Counted from the stretch's first letter, positions 20,938 through 30,094 are shown. The stretch: 64,000 bases of DNA from a virus (IMGVR_UViG_3300017791_000355:1-64000), one strand, 5' to 3'. Notes: generated by a model from the sequence alone, not told the origin. Program-made: numbers and translations.

Positions 20938-22422
20938 ATGTCAGAGCACGTCACCCTTCCGAAGTACTGCTTCCTACGCGGTCAGGTAATTTGGGTCTCG
21001 TACAAGAACGAGGACGGCCGCTGGGTCAATCGCTCGACCAAATGCAAGGTGAACGAGGTCGAGCGCGCGCGGCGCTACGTAAATGCGCTGTTGCGTGGCG
21101 TGGAGATCAAGGTCCAGAGGAGTGGAACTGATCCCAGGACGGTGGCCGACTACGTGGCCCGATGGCTGGACGATCGCGAGCGTCGTGGGATCGCAGCCGT
21201 CGTGGACGAGCGTTCGAGGCTCGAGAAGTACGCGCTGCCTTACGTTGGTCAGATCGATCTCCAGGAGCTCCGACCTCGACACGTTCGCGACATGGTCAGG
21301 TCGTTGAGGGAACTCAAGGATGACGACGGCGAGCGCCTGCTCGCACCGCGCACGATCCACCACGTCTACAACACGCTCCACAACGTCTTCGAGACAGCGA
21401 TCGTCGACGAGGTGGTTTACACCGCGAATCCGGTGCGAGTGGCCGCTGGAGAACTGCCCAAGAAGGTCGACGCTGATCCCGAGTGGCGGTCTGAGGCGAC
21501 GTACACGGTCGAAGAGGTGGAGCAACTACTCTCTTCGCCGATCATTCCGGTCGAGCGGAGGGTGATGCATGGATTGAAGGCCCTGGCTGGCCTGCGACAC
21601 GGAGAGGCCGCCGCCTTGTGCGTGCGACACGTCGACTTTACGGCCCAACCACTGTCTCGACTACACGTCGTGCAAGCCTGGTGCTCACGTCATCGCGAGG
21701 TGAAGTCGACCAAGACGGAGGAGACGCGGATGATCCCCGTCCACCCGAGTCTCTCAACAATTCTATCGCTGTGGCTTCGCGATCACTGGCCCCGCGTCTA
21801 CGGTCGGCAACCCGGACTTGATGATTTTGTCGTGCCGACGCGAACGTTCCGTTGCGTGGCGGTCAAGGATGCCAACGACGCGTTCAAGCGGGATCTCGCC
21901 GCGCTAGGTCTTCGCGTCGAGGCCGGGCAGTACCGTGACCGCGGAGGTCATGACCTGCGGAGCTGGTACGAGACGAGATGCATCGAGGACGGCGCCGAGT
22001 ACCTACTGCTTCGTCGCACCACGCACGCCGCACCTAAGAACGTCGCCGGCGGCTACGAGCGCTTCTCGTGGGCTGCACTGTGCCGGCAGATCGAGAAGCT
22101 CCAGATCAAGCTTCCCGAGAACCCACTCGAACTCAGTGCAGTGTCCTTACAGGCAGCGAAAAAGGCCGGTGGTCGTTGGACTTCAGTGGTGACCCCATCG
22201 GGACTTGAAGGCGAATTTGGAGACCCGAGTAACGGGAACCGATCACCGGTTACCGTCGAGGACCGGACCGAAGCCCGGCCAGTCGCGACCACTCACGAGT
22301 ACTACCGACGTAAGGAGCTCAGTGCAGTTTCCACCGCGGCTCGGATGCTCGAGCAGGCGATCCGTGGCGGTGACGCACCGCGCGCACTCGAGATCGTCGC
22401 GCAACTTCGCAACATGAGGTAG
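20938..22422 (+). CDS. int: tyrosine integrase
   Basis: AGLRHGE (R), KSTKT (K), HDLR (HxxR), TH...GGY (H, Y). Confidence 0.93.
   Translation: MSEHVTLPKYCFLRGQVIWVSYKNEDGRWVNRSTKCKVNEVERARRYVNALLRGVEIKVQRSGTDPRTVADYVARWLDDRERRGIAAVVDERSRLEKYALPYVGQIDLQELRPRHVRDMVRSLRELKDDDGERLLAPRTIHHVYNTLHNVFETAIVDEVVYTANPVRVAAGELPKKVDADPEWRSEATYTVEEVEQLLSSPIIPVERRVMHGLKALAGLRHGEAAALCVRHVDFTAQPLSRLHVVQAWCSRHREVKSTKTEETRMIPVHPSLSTILSLWLRDHWPRVYGRQPGLDDFVVPTRTFRCVAVKDANDAFKRDLAALGLRVEAGQYRDRGGHDLRSWYETRCIEDGAEYLLLRRTTHAAPKNVAGGYERFSWAALCRQIEKLQIKLPENPLELSAVSLQAAKKAGGRWTSVVTPSGLEGEFGDPSNGNRSPVTVEDRTEARPVATTHEYYRRKELSAVSTAARMLEQAIRGGDAPRALEIVAQLRNMR
22187..22209 (-). other. attP core: tRNA 3' half TTCAAGTCCCGATGGGGTCACCA inside int
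   Basis: T-loop, acceptor strand and CCA on the minus strand; flanked by CTCAGTGCAGT repeats at 22132 and 22318. Confidence 0.75.
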
Positions 22423-22574
22423 GTCCCGCTGAGCGTTGGCGCACGTTGAACTGGCCGGTCGCGAGATCAAAGAGAGGTCTCGCCCTCACGCATTCCACGC
22501 TTTTATACTTGAGACAAATTACCTGGCCCGGCCCACGCAGTACTCGGTCTAGGTCGAACACCAGGAGAAATGTA

Positions 22575-22811
22575 ATGGGCAACAAGACGCGGGACGGGGA
22601 TGATGACTCAGACGAACTCGCTAAGGTGACTCACACAAACGAGGCCATTCGAGCCGCTCGCCAGCACGTGCTGGAGCTCGAGCAGCGGTTGCAGTGGTTG
22701 CAACAGCAACTGTTGGCTCGAGGCACCAGGAAGGACGTACTTCGACAGGCACGGGAGGCCATCGATGCCACCGTCAAGGAGGTCGAGGACGATCTACGTA
22801 ACGAGAACTGA
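22575..22811 (+). CDS. coiled-coil hypothetical protein
   Basis: AGGAG RBS before ATG. Confidence 0.6.
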   Translation: MGNKTRDGDDDSDELAKVTHTNEAIRAARQHVLELEQRLQWLQQQLLARGTRKDVLRQAREAIDATVKEVEDDLRNEN

Positions 22812-23044
22812 CCGATCCGGAAGCGAAGGGGTTGTCGATGGAGTTCACTTCTCGGTGATTCGAGCGGCAAAATACTTCGCGACCTTCGTGGTCAGTTCCT
22901 TGATGATCGTCATAGCGTCTCCGCTGCTGTTCTGGCTCGGACGCGCCTCAAGTCCACGAGGTGAACTCGTGGTGGACGAGGATTTGCTCGCAGACGATCC
23001 TGGCGTCGATGTCGATAGCGACGACGCCCACCGCGCGCCGTGAT

Positions 23045-23419
23045 CTAGTCCTCAATCACGGCGAGGATGTCAGACGCGCGAAGCATCAGGATCCCGAGCC
23101 ACTCGGGTCGTCCGCCCTCGCGCTCGTCCGGGACCAGTGCGCTCTCGGGCCGCCGCTGGAACAGAACCCGGTCTCCGGGGCGGACGTCGATCGGAATGCG
23201 CGCGCCGCCGGGCGCGATCGCACCGGGACCGACAGCGAGTACCGTTCCGAAGTCCTCTTGGAGCTCCCTGGACAGGGTGTCTGGGAGATAGAGCCCGCTC
23301 GCGAGACGCTCCTTCGGGGCGTCCTGACGCACGACGACCTGATCCTTGATTGGGGTGACCTTCGGGTTTACGAGGTTTTCTGCGAGTGTTAAGACGTTTT
23401 CTGTGAATTTGTTCTGCAT
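23045..23419 (-). CDS. groES: co-chaperonin GroES (Cpn10)
   Basis: PIKDQVVVR, ASGLYLPD, GTVLAVGPG, VRPGDRVLF, SDILAVI. Confidence 0.92.
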   Translation of the reverse strand: MQNKFTENVLTLAENLVNPKVTPIKDQVVVRQDAPKERLASGLYLPDTLSRELQEDFGTVLAVGPGAIAPGGARIPIDVRPGDRVLFQRRPESALVPDEREGGRPEWLGILMLRASDILAVIED

Positions 23420-23532
23420 GTCGATAAGGAACTCCCTGGAGTATTGAACACTTTCAACACGTAGTCGTGGACCAGGGCACCTCGTCCAGGGCTTCCTAAC
23501 CGGCTGTCCAGTGAACTGGTACGCTACATGCA

Positions 23533-25746
23533 ATGGGGTGCCCGAACAGTGATCCGGATGCGGAGGACCGTCTACCGAATGGACGGTTTCGACCCGGCAG
23601 GTCAGGCAATCCAAAAGGTCGCCCAAACCCGCCGCGCGCAGACGCCGCCGATCCGACCCAGGTTCGCCTGGACGGATGGGCGAGCGCCTTCACCAACCTC
23701 GGCATCGAGGGACGTGACAAGCGACTATCCCATACATTCCAAGGTTCTTGCCTGCCGTACGAGCAGATTGCCTGGCTCTGGGCGAAGAACGGCCTCGCCG
23801 CGAAGGCGATCGAGTCCCCGTCGGCCGAGGTCTTCCGCGAGGGCTACGAGCTCAACATCCAGGACGAGGGCAAGTACGACGACCTGAAGGAAGAGGTCGA
23901 GGACAAGCTCGAGGATCTCGACGTCAACAAGAAGATCGAGCGCGCGTGGCAGTTCAAGCGCGCGTACGGCGCCGGACTGATGTTGCTCGGCACCGACGAT
24001 CCCGGCGCACTGGACGAGAAGCTCGATCTGACGAAGGTCCGCTCCCTCGACTACCTCGAGGTGTTCGAGCCCATCGAGATCGTACCTGAGGACCTCTACA
24101 CCGGCCTTCAGAACCACGGCGAGCCCGAGTACTACCGAATCAACACCAGCGCCGCCCTCGACTTCAAGAAGGGTCTCAGCGGAAAGGGAACCCGAGACCT
24201 GAGTCGCTCAGGCGGGCGGATTCACGAGTCGCGACTGATCGTTTTCGACGGGATCAAGACGTCGAACTTCATGCAGAGCACGAACATGATCTCGCCGTAC
24301 TACGGCGGGTCCGTGGTCGATCGGTTCATCGACGCCCTGCGCGACTGCGGTGTCGGGTACGAGGCCGCCGGCATCCTTCCAATCGATTCCTCTCAGCCCG
24401 TCATCACGATCGAGGGCCTGAAGGAGATGGTCGCGAAGAACGAGCAGAAGTTCCGCGATCGCGTGGCGGCCATCGAGTATGGGCGTTCGAACGCTCGACT
24501 GATCGCCCTCGACGCCAAGGGTGAGAAGTACGAGCGCCAGACCACAAATCTGTCTGGGATCCCGGACCTGCTCGATCGCCTCTCGATCAAGCTCTCCGCC
24601 GATATCGACATCCCCCTCTCGGTGCTCTTCGGCTACTCGCCGTCGTCGCTCGGGCAGCCGGGCGAGGTCGAGTTGAAGCTCTGGTACAACAAGGTTCGCG
24701 CGATCCAGAGCCAGGACCTCTCGCCGGTCCTGAAGATGATCGTGAAGATGATCATGCGCTCGCTCCGGCAGCGCAAGATCCCCAAGAAGTTCTGCATCGA
24801 TTGGCACGAGCTCGAGAGGATGACGATCCCACAGCGTGTCGAGGCCGAGCTCAACATGGCTCGTCGCGACTCGATGGACATCAAGTCGGGTATGGCGAGC
24901 CCCGACGAGCTCCGGAAGACCCGCTACAAGGGCGGATACTCGTTCAAGACGAACATCGACGAGTCCAAGAAAGCTCCAGGCTTCTTGGCCCCGCTGCCCA
25001 CCGGGGTCGTTCCTGGATCGAGCGTAACGGGCAAGCCGGGTGCCGCGGTCGCCGGCGCGCACAGCGTGCAGAGCTACGCGCGCCGGAACCCGTCGGCACC
25101 CGCCGGTGGCCAAGCCGCGCCGAAGCAGGGTGGGGACAAGGCGCCAGGAAGCCGAGGCGATGAGGCCGACTTCGACGTGCAAGCCGAGGTAGACGCCGCT
25201 CGATCGGCCCTCGAGAAGGCCCACGCGGAGAACGCGGACCCCGCAGTCATCAAGTTCCTCGAGAGCTGGCTGCACGAGTGCGAGCTCGACGTCGCCCAGG
25301 AGGCGCGAGGTGACGCGGACGGAGCCGGACCGATGCGCACGTTCGCGGGGATGCAGGTCTGCATCGAGTCCCCTCGCGGTTCAACGCGGACGTGGACCGA
25401 CACCGACGGGACGCAGGGCTCGACGAAGATGCGCTACGACTACGGCTACGTTCAGGGAACGGCCGGGACCGATGGCGACTCCGTCGACGCGTACCTCGGC
25501 CCGAGCGAGGACGCGCAGTGGGTCTACGTCGTGCATCAGATGAGCAAGGCGAGCGACTTCACCCAGCACGACGAGGACAAGGTCATGCTCGGCTTCGACT
25601 CGGCGAACCACGCTCGCGACGCGTACCTGGGACAGTACGACGATGAGCGCTTCTTCGGTGGGATGAGCGTGATGTCGCTCGACGACTTCCGGACGAAGTT
25701 GTTCGCGCGGCCGGGTGAGAAGGTCACGAACGCGGACGCCGCGTAA
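23533..25746 (+). CDS. portal protein (DUF1073-type) with C-terminal inorganic-pyrophosphatase-like domain
   Basis: IHESRLIVFDG, DIPLSVLFGYSPSSLG, WYNKVRAIQ; C-terminal IESPRGS, DYGYVQGT..DGDSVDAYLGP, DEDKVMLGF. Confidence 0.88.
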   Translation: MGCPNSDPDAEDRLPNGRFRPGRSGNPKGRPNPPRADAADPTQVRLDGWASAFTNLGIEGRDKRLSHTFQGSCLPYEQIAWLWAKNGLAAKAIESPSAEVFREGYELNIQDEGKYDDLKEEVEDKLEDLDVNKKIERAWQFKRAYGAGLMLLGTDDPGALDEKLDLTKVRSLDYLEVFEPIEIVPEDLYTGLQNHGEPEYYRINTSAALDFKKGLSGKGTRDLSRSGGRIHESRLIVFDGIKTSNFMQSTNMISPYYGGSVVDRFIDALRDCGVGYEAAGILPIDSSQPVITIEGLKEMVAKNEQKFRDRVAAIEYGRSNARLIALDAKGEKYERQTTNLSGIPDLLDRLSIKLSADIDIPLSVLFGYSPSSLGQPGEVELKLWYNKVRAIQSQDLSPVLKMIVKMIMRSLRQRKIPKKFCIDWHELERMTIPQRVEAELNMARRDSMDIKSGMASPDELRKTRYKGGYSFKTNIDESKKAPGFLAPLPTGVVPGSSVTGKPGAAVAGAHSVQSYARRNPSAPAGGQAAPKQGGDKAPGSRGDEADFDVQAEVDAARSALEKAHAENADPAVIKFLESWLHECELDVAQEARGDADGAGPMRTFAGMQVCIESPRGSTRTWTDTDGTQGSTKMRYDYGYVQGTAGTDGDSVDAYLGPSEDAQWVYVVHQMSKASDFTQHDEDKVMLGFDSANHARDAYLGQYDDERFFGGMSVMSLDDFRTKLFARPGEKVTNADAA

Positions 25747-25911
25747 TGCCGGGCATGTTGCAAGAGGCGCGAGTGGTCGAGGTCGAGGTGGATGAGGAGA
25801 CCGACGAGGGCGAGCTGATCGCGTACGCGCTCGAGCTCTGCCCGCCAGGGGAATCCATCGAGATTCACGTTCCGTCGTGCGACGTGTTCCCGTGCACGTG
25901 CATCCCGCGAG

Positions 25912-26844
25912 TCATTCAGAAGCCGATGGCGTCGTGACCTTCGGTGCCAGGTCGCCCGCAAGATAGCGCAGCGCGCAGCGCGTGGTGTGTTGACCGACGT
26001 GGACGTGCTCACCGTACTCGGCGAGGAAGGTCGTGTCGCTGATGTCCTCACCGATGGTGATTGGACGGTGCTCTTCGCACATACGTTCGCGACAGAACCT
26101 GCACCACGCCCACGCGTACCCGCGTTGCACTGCCGCGAAGGTGTGGACCCAGAGCCCGTCACCGCGCGACTTGGTGTTTGCGTCGCGGTATGCGGCGACC
26201 GAGAGAGATAGGAGTCGCGATAACTCGGGGTGTTTCCAGCCCTCCTCATGTGCGTCGAGTGCGACCATGGCGAGCGGGCGAGCTTCCTCAATCAAGGCAT
26301 GAAGCAGAGCACGCTGTTCCTCGCGCTCCGCCTGCTTCTTGGACTTGAGTTGTGTGAGGCGCGCGCGAACATTCATCTCGCGCTCTGCTCGCTGCTCGAA
26401 TGTCTCGGCGAGTAATCGGCGACACTTCGTACAGTTCACGCGAGCGCGTTCTTGAGTGCCGATGTGTTGGCGTCGACCCGTGCGCGTGAAGCCGAGACGA
26501 GTTGCGCACAGCGCGCCGGATCGGGCGACCCCGCGCGAGCCTCCGTCGTACCAGTGGTACGTCGTCGCGTCCTCACGACGTCGACGCTCAGCTGCTGCAC
26601 AAGCGGCTAGACGTGCGGACTCCGCTTCCGAGATCATGCGCGCGTGCTGGTCCGTGATGCGATGATTTAGAGACGCGTAGACGTTGCACGAATAGCACGC
26701 GATCACTTCGAAACTGCTACCACGAGTCGCGATCGCCCACCCCGGACACGATCCGCGAACGACCTCGGAGGGGAACGTGCCGGGACGGTCGTCACACCGG
26801 CGGGTGCGCTTCTCGAGCCGCGCGCGGACCTGGGCAGGGGTCAC
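25912..26844 (-). CDS. Cys-rich hypothetical protein
   Basis: Several CxxC motifs; coupled to upstream gene. Confidence 0.6.
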   Translation of the reverse strand: MTPAQVRARLEKRTRRCDDRPGTFPSEVVRGSCPGWAIATRGSSFEVIACYSCNVYASLNHRITDQHARMISEAESARLAACAAAERRRREDATTYHWYDGGSRGVARSGALCATRLGFTRTGRRQHIGTQERARVNCTKCRRLLAETFEQRAEREMNVRARLTQLKSKKQAEREEQRALLHALIEEARPLAMVALDAHEEGWKHPELSRLLSLSVAAYRDANTKSRGDGLWVHTFAAVQRGYAWAWCRFCRERMCEEHRPITIGEDISDTTFLAEYGEHVHVGQHTTRCALRYLAGDLAPKVTTPSASE

Positions 26845-27140
26845 CTGTATCCACCTTCTCCGAGCAGTGCGTGCCCGCGGACCGTTAGACGGTAGGGCGT
26901 GTTCGGTCCGTCAGTCGTGATGTAGCCGTCCCGTTCGAGACGAAGGTACACGTTCAGATCCTTGATGCGATGACTCGCAGCTTTCTGCTCTGCCAACGCC
27001 TGAGGTCCTGGTGTTGTGTGGATGCCACTGACCGCTCGGTCCTTGTGCCACTGGGCATCTGCTCTCCCGAGTCGGAATTCGTCGCGACGCATGCGCTGGG
27101 CAGCGCGAACCTGGAGGAGAGCGGCGTGCATGTCGGTCAA
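26841..27140 (-). CDS. hypothetical protein (winged-helix-like C-terminus)
   Basis: LERDGYI...YRLTVRG. Confidence 0.55.
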   Translation of the reverse strand: MTDMHAALLQVRAAQRMRRDEFRLGRADAQWHKDRAVSGIHTTPGPQALAEQKAASHRIKDLNVYLRLERDGYITTDGPNTPYRLTVRGHALLGEGGYR

Positions 27141-27391
27141 GGGTTGCTCCTCAGCCGCGCGATCTGCTTGCGGATGATATCGATCGTCGGGTTCGGCAGT
27201 CCAGTCATGCCGCCGGCACGCGCGGCGATGTTCGTCGCCACCTCCGCGAGCTCGAGCGCGAGGCGCAGCGAGTCGGCGAGGCGCATGAAGTCGCCGGCCG
27301 GGACGGTGATGGGTGGCTTCTCCTTGGTCTCGGCAGCGCGTCGCGTGCCCTTGACGGAGCGGTAGGTCTCGAGAACGGTCATCTGGTGCAT
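27137..27391 (-). CDS. hypothetical protein
   Basis: CCTGGAC-ATG start on minus strand. Confidence 0.6.
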   Translation of the reverse strand: MHQMTVLETYRSVKGTRRAAETKEKPPITVPAGDFMRLADSLRLALELAEVATNIAARAGGMTGLPNPTIDIIRKQIARLRSNP

Positions 27392-27561
27392 GTCCAGGAG
27401 AGGTGCACGGCGCGTGCCGTGAGGTTGACCGTCCAGGTGGTTGAAAATGCTCCCGCTGACGCTGACGTCAGTGTGGTGATCCGGACACAGATGTGAAACT
27501 AGGCAAGCGTCGGGATGTACCTGTAACCTCGCGATAACTTGGCGTATGCCACGGTCTCTGG

Positions 27562-28505
27562 ATGCCGGTCGCTCACGTCCAGTACACCACCGTTCAGGCG
27601 TCCAGGGGGCGCCGAATCCACGCCGTGTCGCTCGTCGCCCCAACCAGGACGGCTTGCGGTCGAGCGTTCGCTGGCTGGAACGTGGCGATCAAGCGCCTGA
27701 ATTGCGGCCTCTGCAAGCGGGCTATCCTCGGTCAGAAGCTGACCCGGGGGACGACGCGGTGACGACTCTTGAGTACGTCACGATCGCCTTCGTGGTGACC
27801 GCCTCGATGGCGACGCTCGACTACGCGCACGCTCGCTACGCGGTCGCGATGATCGATTTCCGCGCTTCCCGTCGACGGTGGAACCTTCGCGCCGGTCTCT
27901 GGTCGCTTGTGCAGTGGAGCGCCGGCGCGGTCGCGTTCTACGTGAACGTGCGTGTGTCGATGTGGTTTCTGCCTTTCGAGGGGCTTGGATTGCTGCTGGG
28001 AACGCTGCTCGGCTCTGCGCGGTCCAGGGAAGCGCGTCGCTAGTCCAGGAGTTCTCTGAGCGATGGCGTGGCATCACGTTGAGGACCAGGAGACGGTCGC
28101 ACCAAAGTACGAGCTGCTACCCTGGCGCGATCGTTTTGGAGCTGCCCGAGTACACATTGGGAAGAAGGCTACCGGAGCGAACGTCACCGTCACGCACGCG
28201 ATCTGGCGCTGCGGGAACTGTCGAGCTCTCGCAGTGACCGAGGCGGGCACTAGACCGACCGGGAACTGCGGAAAGTGTGGGGCGCGAGGGTGACGTTGCT
28301 CCTCGCGCTCATCTCAGTGTTCGTGCTTGTCGTCGCGACTGGACCTGTCGGTGTTGAGGTCCGCGAGCGCCGCCGAGCTCGGAGACAGCTCAGACTCGAC
28401 AGGCCGCTCGCGAAGGTCATCTACCTGCCGACGGCCGCGTGTCGCCCTCGAGAGAGCGACTTGACGACGGACGTCTCGGATGCCAAACAAGGAGCTGCGG
28501 AGTAG
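27562..28505 (+). other. four small ORFs (27562-27762, membrane protein 27759-28043, Zn-ribbon 28063-28293, 28290-28505)
   Basis: Coupled ORFs with CxxC or TM features. Confidence 0.55.
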
Positions 28506-28567
28506 AGCAGAAGCAGCTCGCCAGGCTCATAACCTGGAGGTCGAAGGTGCGAGTCCTTCTTCCGCTA
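28496..28567 (+). tRNA. tRNA-Met(CAT), possibly initiator-like (1:72 mismatch)
   Basis: CCAGG-CTCATAA-CCTGG anticodon arm. Confidence 0.85.
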
Positions 28568-28634
28568 CGAACACATGACGACTCTCCGACTACCTCGACT
28601 TCTCGCGGCGCGATTGCGCGCTCGCTAGAGATCC

Positions 28635-28706
28635 GTCGCGGTAGCCCAACGCAGAGGCAGCAGGTTGAGAGCCTGTCCAGTGAGGGTGCAAATCCCTTCC
28701 GCGGCA
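28635..28706 (+). tRNA. tRNA-Leu(GAG), short variable arm
   Basis: GCAGG-TTGAGAG-CCTGT. Confidence 0.8.
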
Positions 28707-28711
28707 CGCAC

Positions 28712-28785
28712 GCCATCGTGGTCTAACTGGTAACGGCGTCCGGCTCAGGCCCGGAAGATTCAGGGTTCGAATCCCTGCGGTGGTA
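28712..28785 (+). tRNA. tRNA-Leu(CAG), short variable arm
   Basis: TCCGG-CTCAGGC-CCGGA; GTTCGAATC T-loop. Confidence 0.85.
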
Positions 28786-28790
28786 CTCAC

Positions 28791-28863
28791 GTCGACGTAG
28801 TCCAACGGTAGAGGCGGCGAGTTCAAACCTCGCGCGTTGCAGGTTCGAATCCTGTCGTCGACA
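28791..28863 (+). tRNA. tRNA-Leu(CAA), short variable arm
   Basis: GCGAG-TTCAAAC-CTCGC. Confidence 0.88.
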
Positions 28864-29394
28864 CTAATCGACCCAATTCATTAAAAGATCGAGGCGATAC
28901 CACATCCGGTTCACGGCGTAGAGTGACGCGGGCTTTTCCGACCTCAAGTTGAATCGAAACTCGCTGTACTCCGCCTTGTACATCTCGACCGCGCGACCAC
29001 CGAACTCGACGTTCGCGATGCGATCGGCGAGTTTCAGGGCAATCGCGCGTTCCCCCGTGACGCGAATCTTCGGGTAGGTCAGCGCGTTGCGTGTCTTGCG
29101 GTTCGGACCATCCTCCGAGGTCACGGCTGAGACAAGCATCCCGACGTCCTCGCCGAAGATCTCCTCGATGTCCCGCACGCGCACCTCGTTCTGCTTGCCA
29201 CGAGTATCCTCGATGACGTCGTGAAGCCATGATGCGGCTTGCAGCTCCACGTCCTGATAGACCGCCTCGTACTTGATGAGGACGCGCTCGACGTCCGCGC
29301 AGTGGTGCGTGTACGGTACGACTCCGTAGAGCTGGCGGTTGTCGAGAACGTGCTTCTGGGTGGCGAACATCTTAGCCTGGGTGATGAGATCCAT
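28864..29394 (-). CDS. HD-domain (p)ppGpp-hydrolase-like protein (SpoT-HD/Mesh1 type)
   Basis: PYTHH, AASWLHDVIEDT, FGEDVGMLVSAVT, LKLADRIAN. Confidence 0.88.
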   Translation of the reverse strand: MDLITQAKMFATQKHVLDNRQLYGVVPYTHHCADVERVLIKYEAVYQDVELQAASWLHDVIEDTRGKQNEVRVRDIEEIFGEDVGMLVSAVTSEDGPNRKTRNALTYPKIRVTGERAIALKLADRIANVEFGGRAVEMYKAEYSEFRFNLRSEKPASLYAVNRMWYRLDLLMNWVD

Positions 29395-29453
29395 CCTGAG
29401 AGAACTCCCCGGCCGATGGACGACTTTCGAAAATCGTCACGTCCAGGGAAGTG

Positions 29454-29482
29454 TTGACGTCGTCCAGGAGTTGTAGTAGACA
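29454..29482 (+). promoter_or_regulatory. candidate sigma70-type promoter of the tRNA operon
   Basis: TTGACG-17 nt-TAGACA, with GTCCAGG(G) motifs at 29441 and 29462. Confidence 0.5.
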
Positions 29483-29491
29483 CAAGCAGCC

Positions 29492-29611
29492 ATGATGAAC
29501 CGAATCGACAATCAGAACGCGAAGGGCGCCGAAGGGCGCGGTCGCGAGTGGTGTGTCGACAGGTATCACCAGGCCACCAACCCAACGTTTCCCAAGGAGG
29601 CCCTCGACTAG
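29492..29611 (+). CDS. putative attenuator leader peptide MMNRIDNQNAKGAEGRGREWCVDRYHQATNPTFPKEALD
   Basis: 39 codons ending about 30 nt before a terminator; its 3' end pairs with the terminator 5' arm. Confidence 0.65.
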   Translation: MMNRIDNQNAKGAEGRGREWCVDRYHQATNPTFPKEALD

Positions 29612-29641
29612 GTAGACCGGCGCGAAGCTGAACCAGATCGA

Positions 29642-29680
29642 GGGCCGCCCCGGATGAAACCGAGGCGGCTTTTCTGTTTC
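29642..29680 (+). terminator. intrinsic terminator (attenuator) directly before tRNA-Tyr
   Basis: GGGCCGCC-C-CGG-ATGAAA-CCG-A-GGCGGCTT followed by a T-rich tract. Confidence 0.8.
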
Positions 29681-29681
29681 T

Positions 29682-29766
29682 GGGTGAGCAGACCGGCATG
29701 GTTCCGGGCGTGACTGTAGATCACGCGGCCCTAGGGTCCAGGAAGGTTCGATTCCTTCTTCACCCA
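29682..29766 (+). tRNA. tRNA-Tyr(GTA)
   Basis: CGTGA-CTGTAGA-TCACG; long variable arm. Confidence 0.85.
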
Positions 29767-29829
29767 CTCTCTGACAAAAGAATAGTGAATGATGATGATG
29801 ACGACGCGGGCGCTCGTGGCCCGCATCAT

Positions 29830-29901
29830 TCGGGGTTCGTTCAACTGGTAGGACAACAGACTCTGACTCTGTGAACGAAGGTTCGATCCCTTCACCCCGA
29901 A
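29830..29901 (+). tRNA. tRNA-Gln(CTG)
   Basis: ACAGA-CTCTGAC-TCTGT. Confidence 0.9.
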
Positions 29902-29906
29902 CGAAT

Positions 29907-29979
29907 GTCTCTCAAGCTAACCAAGTGAAAGCGCCTCCCTGAAGAGGAGGAGAGCTCGGCGCGCTACCGAGGGGAGACA
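29907..29979 (+). tRNA. tRNA-Phe(GAA), atypical T-loop
   Basis: CCTCC-CTGAAGA-GGAGG. Confidence 0.75.
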
Positions 29980-30016
29980 CGCAGGGAAGCCTGGAACTAG
30001 CTCTAGGAGTTCCTAT

Positions 30017-30092
30017 GGGTCGCTAGTGTCAATGCAGCACACCGGTCTCTTACACCGTGTTAGTGAGAGTTCAAGTCTCTCGCGACCCACCA
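30017..30092 (+). tRNA. tRNA-Lys(CTT)
   Basis: CGGT-CTCTTAC-ACCG; encoded CCA. Confidence 0.8.
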
Positions 30093-30094
30093 CC

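Noticed and set aside
23533-24960. Anti-CBASS Acb1 annotation
   Set aside because: DUF1073 portals are often labelled so, but I see no 2H phosphoesterase HxT motifs; the fused domain is pyrophosphatase-like.
30017-30092. Ochre suppressor tRNA or genetic recoding
   Set aside because: Centred anticodon is CTT (Lys); no CTA/TTA/TCA tRNA found and genes end normally at all three stops.
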